64,000 bases of DNA from Lingula anatina (GCA_051362555.1 CM120640.1:1922001-1986000), one strand, 5' to 3'. Counted from the first letter of the stretch, positions 1-13,523 are shown. Translations and numbers: made by a program. Notes: generated from the letters alone by a model not told the origin.

Positions 1-77
1 TTAAGCAGCAAAATGAAGAGATTTTGATCAGCCATCTTAAGTAGCACTTGAATATAAAACAATGAATGTTTTTTCAG

Positions 78-3000
78 CGGAGTTCTGTTTGGTCCATCTT
101 CTGCTCCAGAGGAACCCTGGCATGTTCAACCAGCACTTTGTGGAGTGCATCTTCCACTTTAATGCTTACGAGGGTCACAATGTCTATAACAAGTTTTCAC
201 AATCGGAACGGGAAAGAACAATGTTTTCCTTGAAGGGGAAAGACAATGCAGAGTAAGCTTTGCAGCTAAATGTATCTATTTTTCAGTTAGATGGTCATAA
301 TTTTTGTGTTATACAGGTATAACAATATGTTTAAGGTGAACGTTTTGAAAAAAGTAACCAAAGACTTTATGTTGGCATAGAGATACCGGTATAATTGTAA
401 GTTCAACTGATAAAACATGAAATTAGATATCTTATGTTGATTTGTTTTCTGCTGAGTATTGGTGTAAATATTTGTAGCTTCCTTTCACCAGTGGACTTTA
501 TTTTCTGGTCTGCCACATACTCAGCAATCACTAAAGGTATGAAGAGCATATTTCATAATGGTGTCATTGTTTCCATTTTGTGTAGGAAGCGTATGTACAT
601 GTACAGATTCATGCTGGAACACATGAGTGATGAGCACCGGTTCCAGCTCACAGCCAAGATCTGCCAGGAGGTGAGGGCCCTTTTTCTTAGGGTTCATTCC
701 CAGTAAAACTATTGTTCTGTGTATGGACTCTTGCTGAATGCAGTCTGATCAACAGATTAACAAACCTTCTCCTGAGGTTGAGTGCACTACAGAAAAGCTG
801 ATTATTATCTTGGGTATGTAGGAAGTCTGTTAATGTGATTGCATTCAGCAAAAGTCCCCAAGGAGTTGGATGGATCTACATAGAAAGTATCATTGGGAAT
901 GATCCCTTAGACTAACTCCAGGAAGTAGACTGTATGACAGTGATGGAATGTCTGGGTCATGCTGTGGGGAAAGCCCTCAGGTTACATGCCAACTTACTTC
1001 TTACACACAGTATAGAGGACAAATACAAACTGCCTTCTTCCTGGAGGTTATGAAACATTGGTTTCAGTTCCTGACATGTGTCTGTGATATATTACAACTT
1101 TGACATTTGGTTTTTTTCCTGTTCATGGATTGAAATAATATGGGGCTTTATGCTCACAGCTCATTTCCTGACATCTTCAAGGCTGAAAGTGAAGGAGTAA
1201 AATTTTGATACAGTAGAGTGATTTCTCTATGAAATTTCTCTATAAATCATTGTGTTTGACTGATGTTATTAAGTCTCTAAGAAAGGAAGTTCTGTTTTAT
1301 CATCCTATCCAGAGACCATGAACAGTCTCTTTAATAGAACTTTTCCATAAAAGCCGTGTTCCCAATTTAGCTGTTGTAAGTGTGTTTATTTTTATTCATT
1401 AAAAAAGATTACTCTATTTCATGATAATATGTTTCAGATCCTGGGAGGTTTGGTGGACGGGGTGATGCCCCTGGACCCTGACACCAGTGCTCTCCTCCAG
1501 GATGCCCTGGCTATACTGTGTTGTAAGGTGAGGAGATGGAACAGCCTCCAGAAACAATATTAGAAAACACCCTGTCTCTGATGTAAAGATAAGGGCATTT
1601 CATTATCGATAGAAGATTGTCTGTCAAACTCAAGTTTAACAAAGTCTGTAATAAATCATAACACAAGATGAAAAATTAGCCCCCCCCCATCCCCTCCAAG
1701 GGAAGTTCTACAAAATAAAATGTTAATTTTTCTATTCTATTATCAGTCAATTAATTAAAACAAAAGTTATAAATAAGTGATGCTAAGGTATGCCATCCTG
1801 TAGAGTTAACTGAGCCAAGGAGATATATTGGATGCAACTCCTTGACTGAGTCAAATCCAATACTGAAGTCTGCCCTATTGCAGGAGATCAAGCTGTCCAG
1901 TATGCGTTCTAGACCACAGCAGGAGGAGGCTGTAGATGAACAAGACATGGCCGCTGCTGTGATGGAGAAGGCTAAGAAAACTCTTATATCACAGGTATGA
2001 CCTTTGTCAACTTTGTTTTCTAACTTCATTGGGGAAAATTCTTCATATACTTGCTTAGAAGATAGTATGATTTTTTTCACGACTTTATTGAGGGTATGTT
2101 GTTTTAGATCTTAGACTATAATATTTATGACTTTGGAACCTTGTGTCCTTGAAATGCATTGATTAAGTGGAATGATGCAGTTAGGTTCAAGCCACTTTAT
2201 ATAACAACTATATTCTCATGTGATTATTTCTTGGTGTATGAGTGAAAGGAGTCTACCACAGGATTATTCATTTTATTTTATTTATTTATTTATTTATTTT
2301 GGATAATTTTAGGTGGTGAAGAAGAATGTGATAGAAAACATTGTTCCCATTGTGATTTCCCTGAAGCACATGGTATGTACTCTAGATGTGATATCTAAGA
2401 ATAATCTCTTAAAATAAACAGTCAGAGATGATGGTCTCCTAGTTATCATGAAAATAGTTGCTAAGTCAATGTTAATTAATATTTTGGTCAGTAATTATAA
2501 GATAATATGTATCCATTTTACATCTAAGCACCAACATTTACAAATGTCACTGTAACATGGTTGTATTTTAGAAAAATCAAACAATACTTTGAATCATCTT
2601 AAGGTCATAATATTTGAGTGTTTGCATATATATCTATTCAAAACGATTTATCTCGCAACATTCTTTTCTGCTCAGCTTGAAAAGCACCGCTCCCCCGTGC
2701 TGAAGGATTTGATGATGTATCTGAGAGAGTTGATGAAAGATTACAAAACTGAAGTCAAAGGTGGGTGTTCTAAAGCCCTGACCAACATATTATGTATTTA
2801 ATTCCATCAGTCATGACGAGTATATGTTTTTGCAAAACATAATCTGGTATGTATTAATAAAGTTTTTAATTTTAATTTATCTATTGGTGCAGTATAAATG
2901 GGGACTAAAATTGAAAAATTAACACCATATGAATTTGAATTATGTCTACAAGTTCTCATTCTGTTAGTTAAATGACATTGATTGATAGATGTAATAATTC

Positions 3001-5989
3001 CTCCAATTGCTGGTTCCAGAGATCATGTCAGCTGACAGGCAGCTGGCCAATGAGATTGAGTTTGATTTACGTAAGTTTGAAGAGCAGCAAGAGGAGCTGG
3101 AGCTGCAGAAAAAACAACAGCAACAGAGGAAGTCTCTCGGTGGATCAAAACCAGTGAGCAGAAAATTAGACAATTAACTTGTATTACATTTAAATTTCAC
3201 GTGTATGCCTGTTACATACAGTAAGAAGGAGTTGTTTATGGCCTGCACATTGAATTCATGTAATGCAAAACAGGTCAGTTGGATAGAAGTAGAAATTTTA
3301 AGTTCAGAAATGACTCGTTTTTTTTTCATTGCGGAAAATTACCAAAGTTTCAGATACATAGTTTTAGAATTGTTAATTATATTATGCAGAAGAAGGAGTT
3401 GTTTATGGCCTGCACATTGAATTCATGTAATGCAAAACAGGTCAGTTGGATAGAAGTAGAAATTTTAAGTTCAGAAATGACTCGTTTTTTTTTTTCATTG
3501 CGGAAAATTACCAAAGTTTCAGATACATAGTTTAAGAATTGTTAATTATATTATGCATTTTTATAGTATGTTTGTTGCTTAGCTTCAATTTTGTTACTAC
3601 CACTCAATAGAAATGTTCTAATTTAAAGAATTATGACTAAAAATAGAGTAGCTGTAAAATCCATGATCAACACCATTGAAAACATCAAGTTATGTCTGCA
3701 TTTCAAACAACATGTATGTACATGATCATACAGGACCTTTCTTGTCTTGAAATTCAATTTTAAAAAAACCCTCTCATTACAGAATTCACCAGTGGGGTCA
3801 CCTCAGCCAGGAACCTCCCCCAAAGCAGGACCCCCTGCAGTGACTGTCGAGTCCCCAGGCCAGAGCCGGCCACGATCAATCATTCCTAAGACTCCAGTGA
3901 TGGCTCTCAACTCTCCAGCCACCAGGACAGGAACATCCAGCAGGTGGGTGGGGATTATTGCTGTTATTTATTTTATTTTTTATTTTTTATTTTTGCTTAT
4001 TCAATGTGGCACTTTCTTAATAAACAATAAGGCAATGCATTTAATATTTAACACAGGAAAATGTCCCTGGTAGCCATTGCTGCTATGAACTCTGCGAGAA
4101 AAGCTGTAGAGATGAGCAACAAGAAGCAGGCCACGCCCACTCCACAGCGCACGCGCCGCAGAACTACAGAGAACACTCCGCCACAGATGGGTAAAAACAG
4201 CTCCGCGGACGAAGAGGAGGACTCCTCCCCACCTGGCCAGGCCACATTTAAAGTGAGTTTTACATGTTTAATTCAGAAATAGATTAAAGTTACTTGCACT
4301 TTTAGTGCAAATGTTATCAAGTTGGCAGTTTTTGTTATCAGACATATCAACTTGTAGATAACATAATTTTAGTTGTTGGAAGTATATTAATGCTGGATTG
4401 TATTGAAATTTCAGTTTGCACTACTTGGGACATTTTGTATTATTTGAGATGTAATGTTTTACCTAGACTCCCACCAGTAAAGAGAGAGCAAAGAAGACCC
4501 CAGAAAGAGAAGGCAGAGCTGTCAGCACACCAGAGGGTTAGTTTCGTATTCTACAGATATAACTTTGATTTTAAGTACTTTGTTGTCATGGACATGCCAG
4601 TTGTGAACTATTTAAATTAATATGATTTTGAAGTTACAAAATGTTTTTATTAATATTGCATCAGTTCTATTACAATTTTATTTTGAAATTTCCTTAGGAT
4701 GTGCTTCATAGTATGTCTTTTTTTCTTATTTATTCTTTTGCTAGTTTATTTTTTATTTCTTTTTCACTTTTTTCTTTTAATATATTATCATGACTTATGC
4801 ATTGATTTATTTATTTTGAAAATTGTTCCATTTGCACTATGCTCATTTAAAAATTTGGTTTTCCAGCGAGCTTACTGAGTAACTTGACGTTCCACCAAGG
4901 TCAGGACACGAGCATGATGCCATTGTCTCCAATCCCTACTTCCATGCCTCTCCGACTGTACAGCAGTAATATCCCTAGCACAGGTAAACACTCCTAATAT
5001 CCAGTTTGATGTCCTGTCGCCATTTATGAGAGACAACATTGTTTCAGTCAGGAATGGAACTCCTTGGCCAGCCATCAGTGTTCTCTCTCTCTCTCATATT
5101 GTATTAAAAATAATGTATACATTGTTTTGTGTTTTACAGATAAATGAGTGATGATGTTGATGATTTTTTTCAGGTTCTAAAACAAATAAAGCATCAAAAG
5201 AGGGCGAAGATCAGAATCCAAAGACAATTCCTACGGACATTGTCTGCATGTTTTCCCCAGATAAACCGTAAGTCTACTCTCACCTAGAGTATTAGAGGTT
5301 ATAGAGAACTCACACGAGTAACTGGAAATACTGATTATAGAGTTGAGTTTTTAGTAATTTCTGTAACTAAGAGTGGCTTCTGTTTTGAGTGAGAAATCTT
5401 GAACATCATTCAAAGTCTTGGAGATATCAAAAATTGTTCTAATTTACAGCATGGCTATAGCATTTTTACTGTTATTACTATAGTGATAGTTATCTCTGAT
5501 TCTCAGGGTGTTGAATCTTAGTCTGGATACCAACTTTGAATTTTTTTCCACACATTTTATTTATTTATTCTATATTATTCAAGATTTGGAAAGGTGAATA
5601 TCTGTGTGATACATAGGGGAGTGCTTAAAGATTTTGTTCCATTTCAGAACCCCCAAGCCCCGGAAGTGGAATGTTCATTCACCAGTAAGTATTCCTTAGA
5701 AACCATGTCCCAATAAATTTTGACCAGAGAAACGTGAAATCTAGGAAAAAAATCCTTGAATTTATCTTAGTTTTTGAAAATGTACTTAATTGATTTTTGT
5801 TTGTAAGAAATCATGCAGTTTCTAAGACCTTTAGTCCAGCTCAGTACAGTTAAAGTATTCATTTTTCAGACTTCATCAAGAATAAAAGAAAAAAGTCAAG
5901 ATATTTCAGAGACCACCACCCAGGATATTCTGGAGGTAGCTGAACCTCAGCGGAGACGTACACGCAGTGCACGGTCCAAGAAAAAATGA
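78..5989 (+). CDS. NCAPD3: Condensin-2 complex subunit D3, 3' part (14 exons; 5' end outside window)
   Basis: GT-AG exons 78-252, 586-670, 1438-1527, 1884-1994, 2313-2372, 2676-2760, 3020-3153, 3783-3943, 4057-4252, 4467-4536, 4867-4983, 5174-5267, 5648-5684, 5870-5989 join in phase, with TGA at 5987-5989. Peptides '[13 protein letters not shown]', '[16 protein letters not shown]', '[13 protein letters not shown]', '[33 protein letters not shown]', 'RAVSTP' and '[14 protein letters not shown]' match CAP-D3 as I recall it. Confidence 0.93.
829..910 (+). repeat. Dispersed repeat fragment (second copy ~12566-12650)
   Basis: 'gttaatgtgattgcattcagcaaaagtccc...gagttgga..gatctac' is nearly identical to 'gttaatctgattgcattcagcaagagtccc...gagttggactgatctat' at ~12566. 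Confidence 0.6.
3223..3557. repeat. Near-perfect tandem duplication, 2 x ~168 bp, in an NCAPD3 intron
   Basis: 3223-3389 and 3390-3557 both read 'aagaaggagttgtttatggcctgcac...aattatattatgca' and differ mainly in a poly-T length. Confidence 0.92.
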
Positions 5990-7261
5990 AAACGTTAAAA
6001 CATACTGCATGTGAAACTATAATACAGCTGTGACATTATCTTGTAAAAGCAAACAAAAATCTAACCTTTGTATAGAAGTTGTAGTGGACCAGAAAAAGGC
6101 ACATAAAATTATTAAAAGACAATTTGAACTTTGATAATTAATGCAGATTATGCTATTAACAATTACATTATTTATATGTAGATTTATTAGCTATGTACAA
6201 AATTTGATTATTATTTTGGTCTTTTATAGTGTGTTTTTTTCAAAATGAAGTCTCCAAGGTGCACAGGGCACCTGCATATGGTACAGTACCTCTCATTGGT
6301 CCACTTCACTGTCATTATAATTGTGTACTTGTGATTATGTATTATTTAAGGATTAAGCATCTGTTAGGATACTAAGGAGCCTGGACATTATTCTGCCTCT
6401 TCAAACAAGATTTGTTGGAAAATGTAAAATTCCATCTATAAAGAGCTTGAATACAATGTAAACACAATGTTTGCTTGATTAGTCTTCATTATTCTTTATA
6501 ATACTTTTTTATTATTGCTTCTTTGTTGGTGTGAGAGAGGAATCTATTCGTGCACCAATGTCTGGTTAATAATACCAACTTCTCTCATGAACCCCTGAAT
6601 TCTTCATAACGCGGAGTGAATAGTTTATTTGTTAACGAGTTTCAACTCCATACACAGGGTCACTGGATTAAAATTATTTGTTTTTTTAAATGTTTTATTG
6701 CCATGAAAGCTTAATGTTGAGGTTCCCCTCTTTTTTTAGGGGGGGGGGAGGTCAAATCCACAATGTTGGTGCCGTTAGAGGATGCAAACGGTATTAAGGT
6801 CTTCTGGGATTAATTATAAATTACACCCACTAACAAAAGCAACACATTTTTTTCCATTTGAAAAGAAAACATTGATTCCTTTAAAATAAGGGTTGGTCAA
6901 GCTCACTAACAAATTTCTCAATTTTGTGTGGCCATTTTGAAAAAACTTTCATCAACTCGACTCCAATTATCTGTCGGGATTATTCAACACATTTGCTTTT
7001 AGTATCTAACTTTTCCAATTAAAAAAAATTCAAAGAAATTTCAAATGTACTTTTAAAACCATTTATTGTCTGTTATACTTAACATCATTGAAGAACCATT
7101 ATGAGCAATGATAGCAAGAAAATGAGATACCAAAATGTATGAAATGATATGAAGAAAGATATGAACTGCAGCAATAAAAAATTACAAGAAATCCATATGG
7201 CAATGCACTACAGAGTATATGTAGTATATAATTACTGAACGTAATTGCACAAATATCACAC

Positions 7262-7428
7262 CAGGGTCGGATCCAGAGCTATTTTCTGACAGTCTTCCAA
7301 ATTATCTTTCTTGATCCATCCTCCAAATTTGACCGTCTTCTAACAGAAAATTTAGATACCTGTTAATGTAAACTTGAATATCTGACCGTCTTCTGGAAGA
7401 CCCAGAAGACGGCCTAAATCCGCCCCTG
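7262..7428. mobile_element. ~167-bp MITE with CAGGG(G/T)CGGAT...ATCCGCCCCTG terminal inverted repeats (family with 3 copies in the window)
   Basis: TIRs are visible and 'cacac' lies on both flanks. Related copies occur at 27005-27168 (inverted) and 60154-60225 (partial). Confidence 0.75.
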
Positions 7429-9621
7429 CACACCCTCCCCCCTGACTAGACAGAAATATATGGAGCCACCTCCATTGTTCACATTTACTTGATACCATGG
7501 TTCAAGCAGAAAACAAAAGGCCAGGCTTAAGTTCATGTGGTCACAAAATGCAAGAACACAGAATAGCACACAGTGAAGCCTATTCTATTGTTTTCTGCTC
7601 AGGTCATAGTGTCAGTCTGATAAAGCACTCGATGGGAAACTTTATGCAAAATATGAACTTTGTCCCATAAAGCTTCACAACTCGTAACTTATCTATTTTT
7701 ATAAACAGAATAGAACAATTCTGGAATGAATAAAACTTGATAAAGAAGTTAATCTTGCGCTCTTTTGCACACTTGAAGTTAGCATAAATATAACATTAAA
7801 TTTCAAGTGGATAATTGCATTATGAAGTCTTTTAAGGTATCTTTAATAAGCAACATTTGTTCTAAATATTGTGCGACCTGAAAAATAGGCACTTTAAATG
7901 TTTTTAGCTTTATCGACTTGAAATGGTGTTCAAATGTTGCATTCTAAATTCTGTCATTTATAAAATCTGCTACCCAAGAAATACCCTGATAGTATGTTTA
8001 ATCTAATATAACATGACAAGTTTAACTAAGCTTCTAACAGATCCTAGCTATGTCTTCATAACTTCTCAGACCTTTCTGAATAAAAAAATAATGCATTCTT
8101 TTTCAGTTTTTGCATAACAATAGAAAAAAGTATATTATGTGAAAATAACATGGCAATGAGTATGATACTTGCATGCAACACAAGCTCTTATCTCAACACA
8201 AGATATTACTTTGTGTTGTCTGAAAAAAAGTCAGACAAAATTAAGACCAGGGGTTTGGAAACCTCATAACTTTTTGAGGTAAAAATCAAATTTCCAATTG
8301 AAATTGGAAAAAACAAATCATGTCTGCAATATTTGTATGGTAAGGGGTACCATAACTGGAAATGGAAGACATCAAGGACCATAAGACTGAAGGTGAGCAA
8401 GTATGTTGTCATGGTTACTGTGGAAGTCCAATGGTTATCTGTACGAGTACACTCCATGAGATTTACCCGCCAAAATGGATTTTCCCAGGAAAACGAGCAA
8501 TTGTCTCGTACTCGGGGAATCATTTATCTATCCCTCTCCGCACTTGGATTCGACCTTTGATAAAATTGATAAAGGTTGATTTAAACTTATAATGACTGGC
8601 CAGTCATAACAGCAACCATCTTCCTATAAGCTCCAATAAATCTATCAACATCACGTACGCTCCAGAAAAAAATTTTAAGCAGTACGTACGATTTTATAAA
8701 AAGCTGTGGATGGCAAAAATAAGCATTTGGGGGATTTTCAAACCTATGGAGTGCACCTTTAAGCATAACAAACAGCTTGAAAACTAATGAATCAGATTTG
8801 AGTATAAAATAAATGGTGTGATGAATAAAAAATTAATCTTAAGCCTTTCTCACACCTAAAGAAGCTAAATACAGAAGCCAATATACATACAAAGCTGCTT
8901 AATTTACATCAATAAAACTATGCTCATTTACAAAGAAAATAGTATTTTTTTTATAAATATAACAATAAAAGAACGACTCAAATTCATTTAAGGATATACT
9001 AGAATAGAGAACACCATCACATCTCCTAGATAGTTTTACTGCCCCCATTCTCTCACACTTTAATCAAACAAGTTCCATCCCAATACTACTCAATATAGTA
9101 TTAACAACTAAAACTACATTTATAAATATCCTATCCATCTATGATGAAAAATCTATCTGAGAATTAATCAGCATCAAGCTAACTCAAAATAACATCATAT
9201 TAGGGACCTGTTATTGATGGAAAGTTTGTTTTTCACAAAGACTAGTCCCTGTACCACCTTGGTACATTAGGACCTTGTATAAAATCTGAATAAATAATTT
9301 GTTCAATTAAAATCAAACGATTGCAAGTCTCTTTTAAGTTTATGTATCACCTCATATGTATACCCACTCACAACTTAGAGTTGTCAGAAAAAAGTAGGAA
9401 GAAATGACTCCACTGAGCTAAGACCACATGCATGCACATGCACACACACACACACACACACACATACGTACATACACACAAATAAAAAAAAATAAATTTT
9501 TTTTAATCATGTCTGTTTATCAAGACAAGGCTCTGGAAACCAACCATCACCAATGAACTGACACAACAAACCAAGCACTATCACGTATAATAATTAGTAA
9601 ACTAATTTTTTTCTTTCGGCC

Positions 9622-12600
9622 CTAAGGTTTTGGAAGAACTTTATTCAATTTCCAGTTGTAGTCTGAGTACTGGATGTTGACACCACCTGAGGCTTCCAGA
9701 GCGTCCAGAAGAATGTCCATCTCTTCAGCTTTCTCTTTACTCAAATATGGCCTGATCCACCTGGGATACATAATGCTGACATAAGCCAATGTTAACATGT
9801 GTGGGTCATTCTACAAAAAAGTCTTTGCTGAGTTACATCAACAGCACACATATTTTGTATAACATTTTCATAATTATCTTTTTTTTTTTTACTAACAAAC
9901 ATTCCAACATGGCAAAAAATCAATCAACAGTAATTAAAAACAAAAGTCATAAAAACAGAAAATCTTTCAAAGATTACACACTGTATCAATATACAGTAGT
10001 AAACAACAGGATGTGCAAAAAATCACAGTGCCTGTGTACCTGATAGCATCAACGTCCATGTTGCCAAAATCGGATCTGTACCACTGGAACAGCCGGGACA
10101 CGCGGATCTCGCGCACTTTGACGTTCACAAACACCTCCTGGTCTATGAAGGCCTTGGCAGCAGCATCTAAGGCACTGTTCAGGTTCTCAGTTGTATACAC
10201 ATTGATGGCTGGGCAAGACTGCAACAAAATAGCTCAGCTAGGATCAATATGATATCATCTGATATTTAATTTATTGATCAAGTACTGCCACACTTGATAT
10301 TATAGATGCAGCTGCCAAATGTTCAGAGTTTGTAAACAAATACTGGTAAAGTAAAACTCTCTCACAATTGGATAACTTCATCTCTACTGATTTTCATTCA
10401 TCAACTTTTCAAACAAATCTGATAATAAAGTAATGAAGATGTGTCAAAACGATAATTTCCTTTGGCCTTTATTATTTAGCAGCATTATGTTAAGCCTCTG
10501 GCAACTATCAATGCTAGCCCAGGTACAATGTTACGCAGTATATCTAAGCCATTATCAGCTATTTTGATGACTAATAAATACGCTAACTTCAACAAATACA
10601 TGTATGTGAAATGATATCAAAATGACTCTGCTTGTTCACAAACACAACTATATTTACAAACACTAAATAAGACTGAACCATTGGTTGAAACTGATTATAT
10701 GCCTTCAGTTTGCTCATAATCCAATAGTATTCCCTAGACATGAGGAACTAATGTGGTTTAAGGATTGCAATGCATCTTCAAAACAGTGTTCATGTGCACA
10801 GCTTTGAGCAACATCAATAAGTATTAATATATTTGCTCAGAGACCTTAAGCACATTCATATCCAAGCATAAAGTGTTCTCTGCATGACTAGACATACAGA
10901 GAAAGTACAGGTTACATAATAAAAGGGCATCTTTCAAGAAGCTACATACCACAAAAAAAGATGCATTCACTTAAGTGTTTTTTGACAAATTCATTTTTAT
11001 TTTGAGGTGCCCTAGCTGAAAAATCAGTTATCCTTGCACCTGTGACCTTGTTAACCTTATCTTGGAAATGAGAAATCATGCTTCATTCATAATACATTCT
11101 CTAGTTAGACTAATGGAAACATTTCTATGATCAATATGATGATAACTGTCTGAGTGTTTTACATAACAGTATGTCTAGCCGTTATCTCTGTTTATTATTG
11201 ATTTCCAGCTTACCCTTGCTCCACAGTTTAGTGCAAAATGTATCCTAGGGTCTACCGTCTTCACTACGTATTTGAGCCGGGGGTCATCTTGTTTAAATGG
11301 ACTATCCTGGCTGGCAGGGTGGGGCCTGTTTCCTGAGAAATACATAAAGAACATATATATACCGAGAAATTCATAAAATAACAGATATATACCAGCATAT
11401 AAATGTGTCTGTTAGATATTAGAAAGTACATTTTCAGACAAGAGATACGGTTTTAGAAAAAAGTATGAACATTAATCGTGGGGCCAAACACTTGAACTAA
11501 ATTTTAGGGTTTTATATGCTCTGAGGTCATGTAAAATGTGAAATTCCACAGAAAAAGCTCGTGTCTGTAACTAAACATGATATCTCCAACCAAGTTTTAA
11601 AATGTCATTTAAGCCATCTACATCAACAAGATTTTGCAAAATCAAAATATATTTGAAATCCATAATAGTAATATTAAAATTTTTACATCTTAATGCTTCT
11701 TTTTATGAAATAGAAATATTAAAGACAAATTACTACTTACTTTGATCATTAATGGAAGTTACTTTCTAAAACATTAAATCTAAAACAGAATGTAGAACTG
11801 TCATCTCACCTCTTAGAATCCCATGTTCTATATGATCTAAACTGAAAACATGACCCCCAATGTTGTATCCTGTAGTTTTCCAGAACTGTTTTATATCCAA
11901 CACAGAAGAAGGAAGATCTTTGTCTGATAGTTCCACCAGACCGTGTATTGTGAGAGCATTGTATACATCTGTGTGATTGTTAAAGAATTACAATCTTGAA
12001 AATGGTGTTCTTACCAATCAGCTGATCATGCTGTACAGATCAATAAAATTTTGTTTTAAAATTATTTTATAATCAAATCTAATCCAAGGAAGGGGGCTAT
12101 CTAATAGGCAAAATTCTTAACTGAAATCATTTTGCTATTAAATACTTTTTTCTGTATATGTTAAGGATACTTATGCAAAATGCAATTTTCTCTTCTTCAG
12201 AAAAAGATTCCAATTGCACATGTGCCAAGGCCTTTGATTTTTCTTTATATTCTGCAAATGTTTTACTACTTTTCAGTGCGACATAGTCTATGTTTTTTCC
12301 ATCTCCTGTCATATGCTCTCCTTTAAGCCTGAAAGGTAGAAGGGTTTTATAGAATTTTATATCACGAATAACTGTTGTAAAATTAAATGTGCTCTACCTT
12401 AAATCATTTGATTTGGGAAAATGACACAGTAATACACTGTAAACTACTGGTATGTTCAAGCCTAAGGGATCATTAGAATTAAGAGAGTAACACACCTCCT
12501 GGAATTGATTAAAATACAAAAAAGCTGGTGATTCATATGAGTATGCTGGAAACAAGAGTTAATCTGTTAATCTGATTGCATTCAGCAAGAGTCCCTGCTG

Positions 12601-13523
12601 AGTTGGACTGATCTATGTAGACTGATAGTTTCATTGGAAATAAGCCCAAAGATGTCAACTTTCACCATCTTAATCTTGATAATTTAACTCCCTTGGAATG
12701 AATTGTGTCAACATTTAACCTTGCCCATTTAGGCAGATTGCAACTATAATGTAATTCTTATATCTCTTCCATCTGGTGTAGTGTAAGAATGAATTAATAA
12801 ATAATTTGACAAACACATATGTATATACATGTTGGTTGAGAACTTTTGTATCCTAGGGAAAGACCTGCAACATATTTGTATTCAGTTGAATATAAGATGT
12901 TTTAAAAAAGTAATTTTTCTCCTCTACATATTCTTTTTACGAAACACTGGCTTTCCAAAGGCTGTGCAAGTCAATCATGCGTGAACCAATTATAAACATG
13001 ATTAATGCTCGCACTTGGCGTTTAAGGCTTCGTTCACATGCAATGTCTATTTTCTAAATTCTATTTTCTATTTGCGGTATGTCTTATGATCACAGTCTGT
13101 GCCCTGAATATCCCGCGGCGTAATTACTGGCAGCGCGAGCCAGTTACCATAAGTTACTATAAGTAACTGGCTCGCGCTGCCAGTAATTACGCGGCGGGAT
13201 ATTTAGGGCACAGACCGTGATCATAAGATAGCGCGAATAGAAAATAGAATTTAGAAAATAGACATTGCATGTGAACGAAGCCTAAGTGAATACCACATGT
13301 TGAGGTTAATCAGCTGCCATACAAGGCTGAACATGTAAATATTCACTTCCACATAAATATGTCAGCAATGACAGTAAAATTTTTAGCATACATACTTGAG
13401 CATGAGTTTTTGTAAGTCTTTGGCAATATTCTTATCATCGTGTTTTTCCGTTTTTACCCCCTCGGGAGTATTTAAAACCCGAACGGGCGGGCCCTCGTCC
13501 TTCTTCTGCTTGCTGGCCATCAT
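9622..13523 (-). CDS. DUF547 domain protein, 6 exons, ~293 aa, no glutaredoxin or DEP domain
   Basis: Exons 13523-13396, 12328-12171, 11968-11810, 11332-11214, 10218-10040, 9760-9622 (882 nt). DUF547 motifs: 'EKIAFCINVYNALTIHG', 'YNIGGHVFSLDHIEHGILRGN', 'DPRIHFALNCGARSCP', 'SRLFQWYRSDFG', 'YSDYNWKLN'. Confidence 0.9.
11969..12170 (-). other. U12-type (minor spliceosome) GT-AG intron
   Basis: 5' splice site GTATCCTTAA; branch-like TTCTTTAAC 10 nt before the intron end; no polypyrimidine tract. Confidence 0.85.
13026..13282. mobile_element. Palindromic PIF/Harbinger (Tourist)-like MITE, 257 bp
   Basis: Ends GGCTTCGTTCACATGCAATG...CATTGCATGTGAACGAAGCC, TAA on both sides, and arms self-complementary over ~120 bp. 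Confidence 0.88.

Noticed and set aside
7832-8762. Possible second Kolobok-like element ending '...gagtgcacctttaa', with overlapping short ORFs at 8206-8592
   Set aside because: Only the right end is convincing. I found no matching left TIR, and the ORFs have no recognisable motifs.
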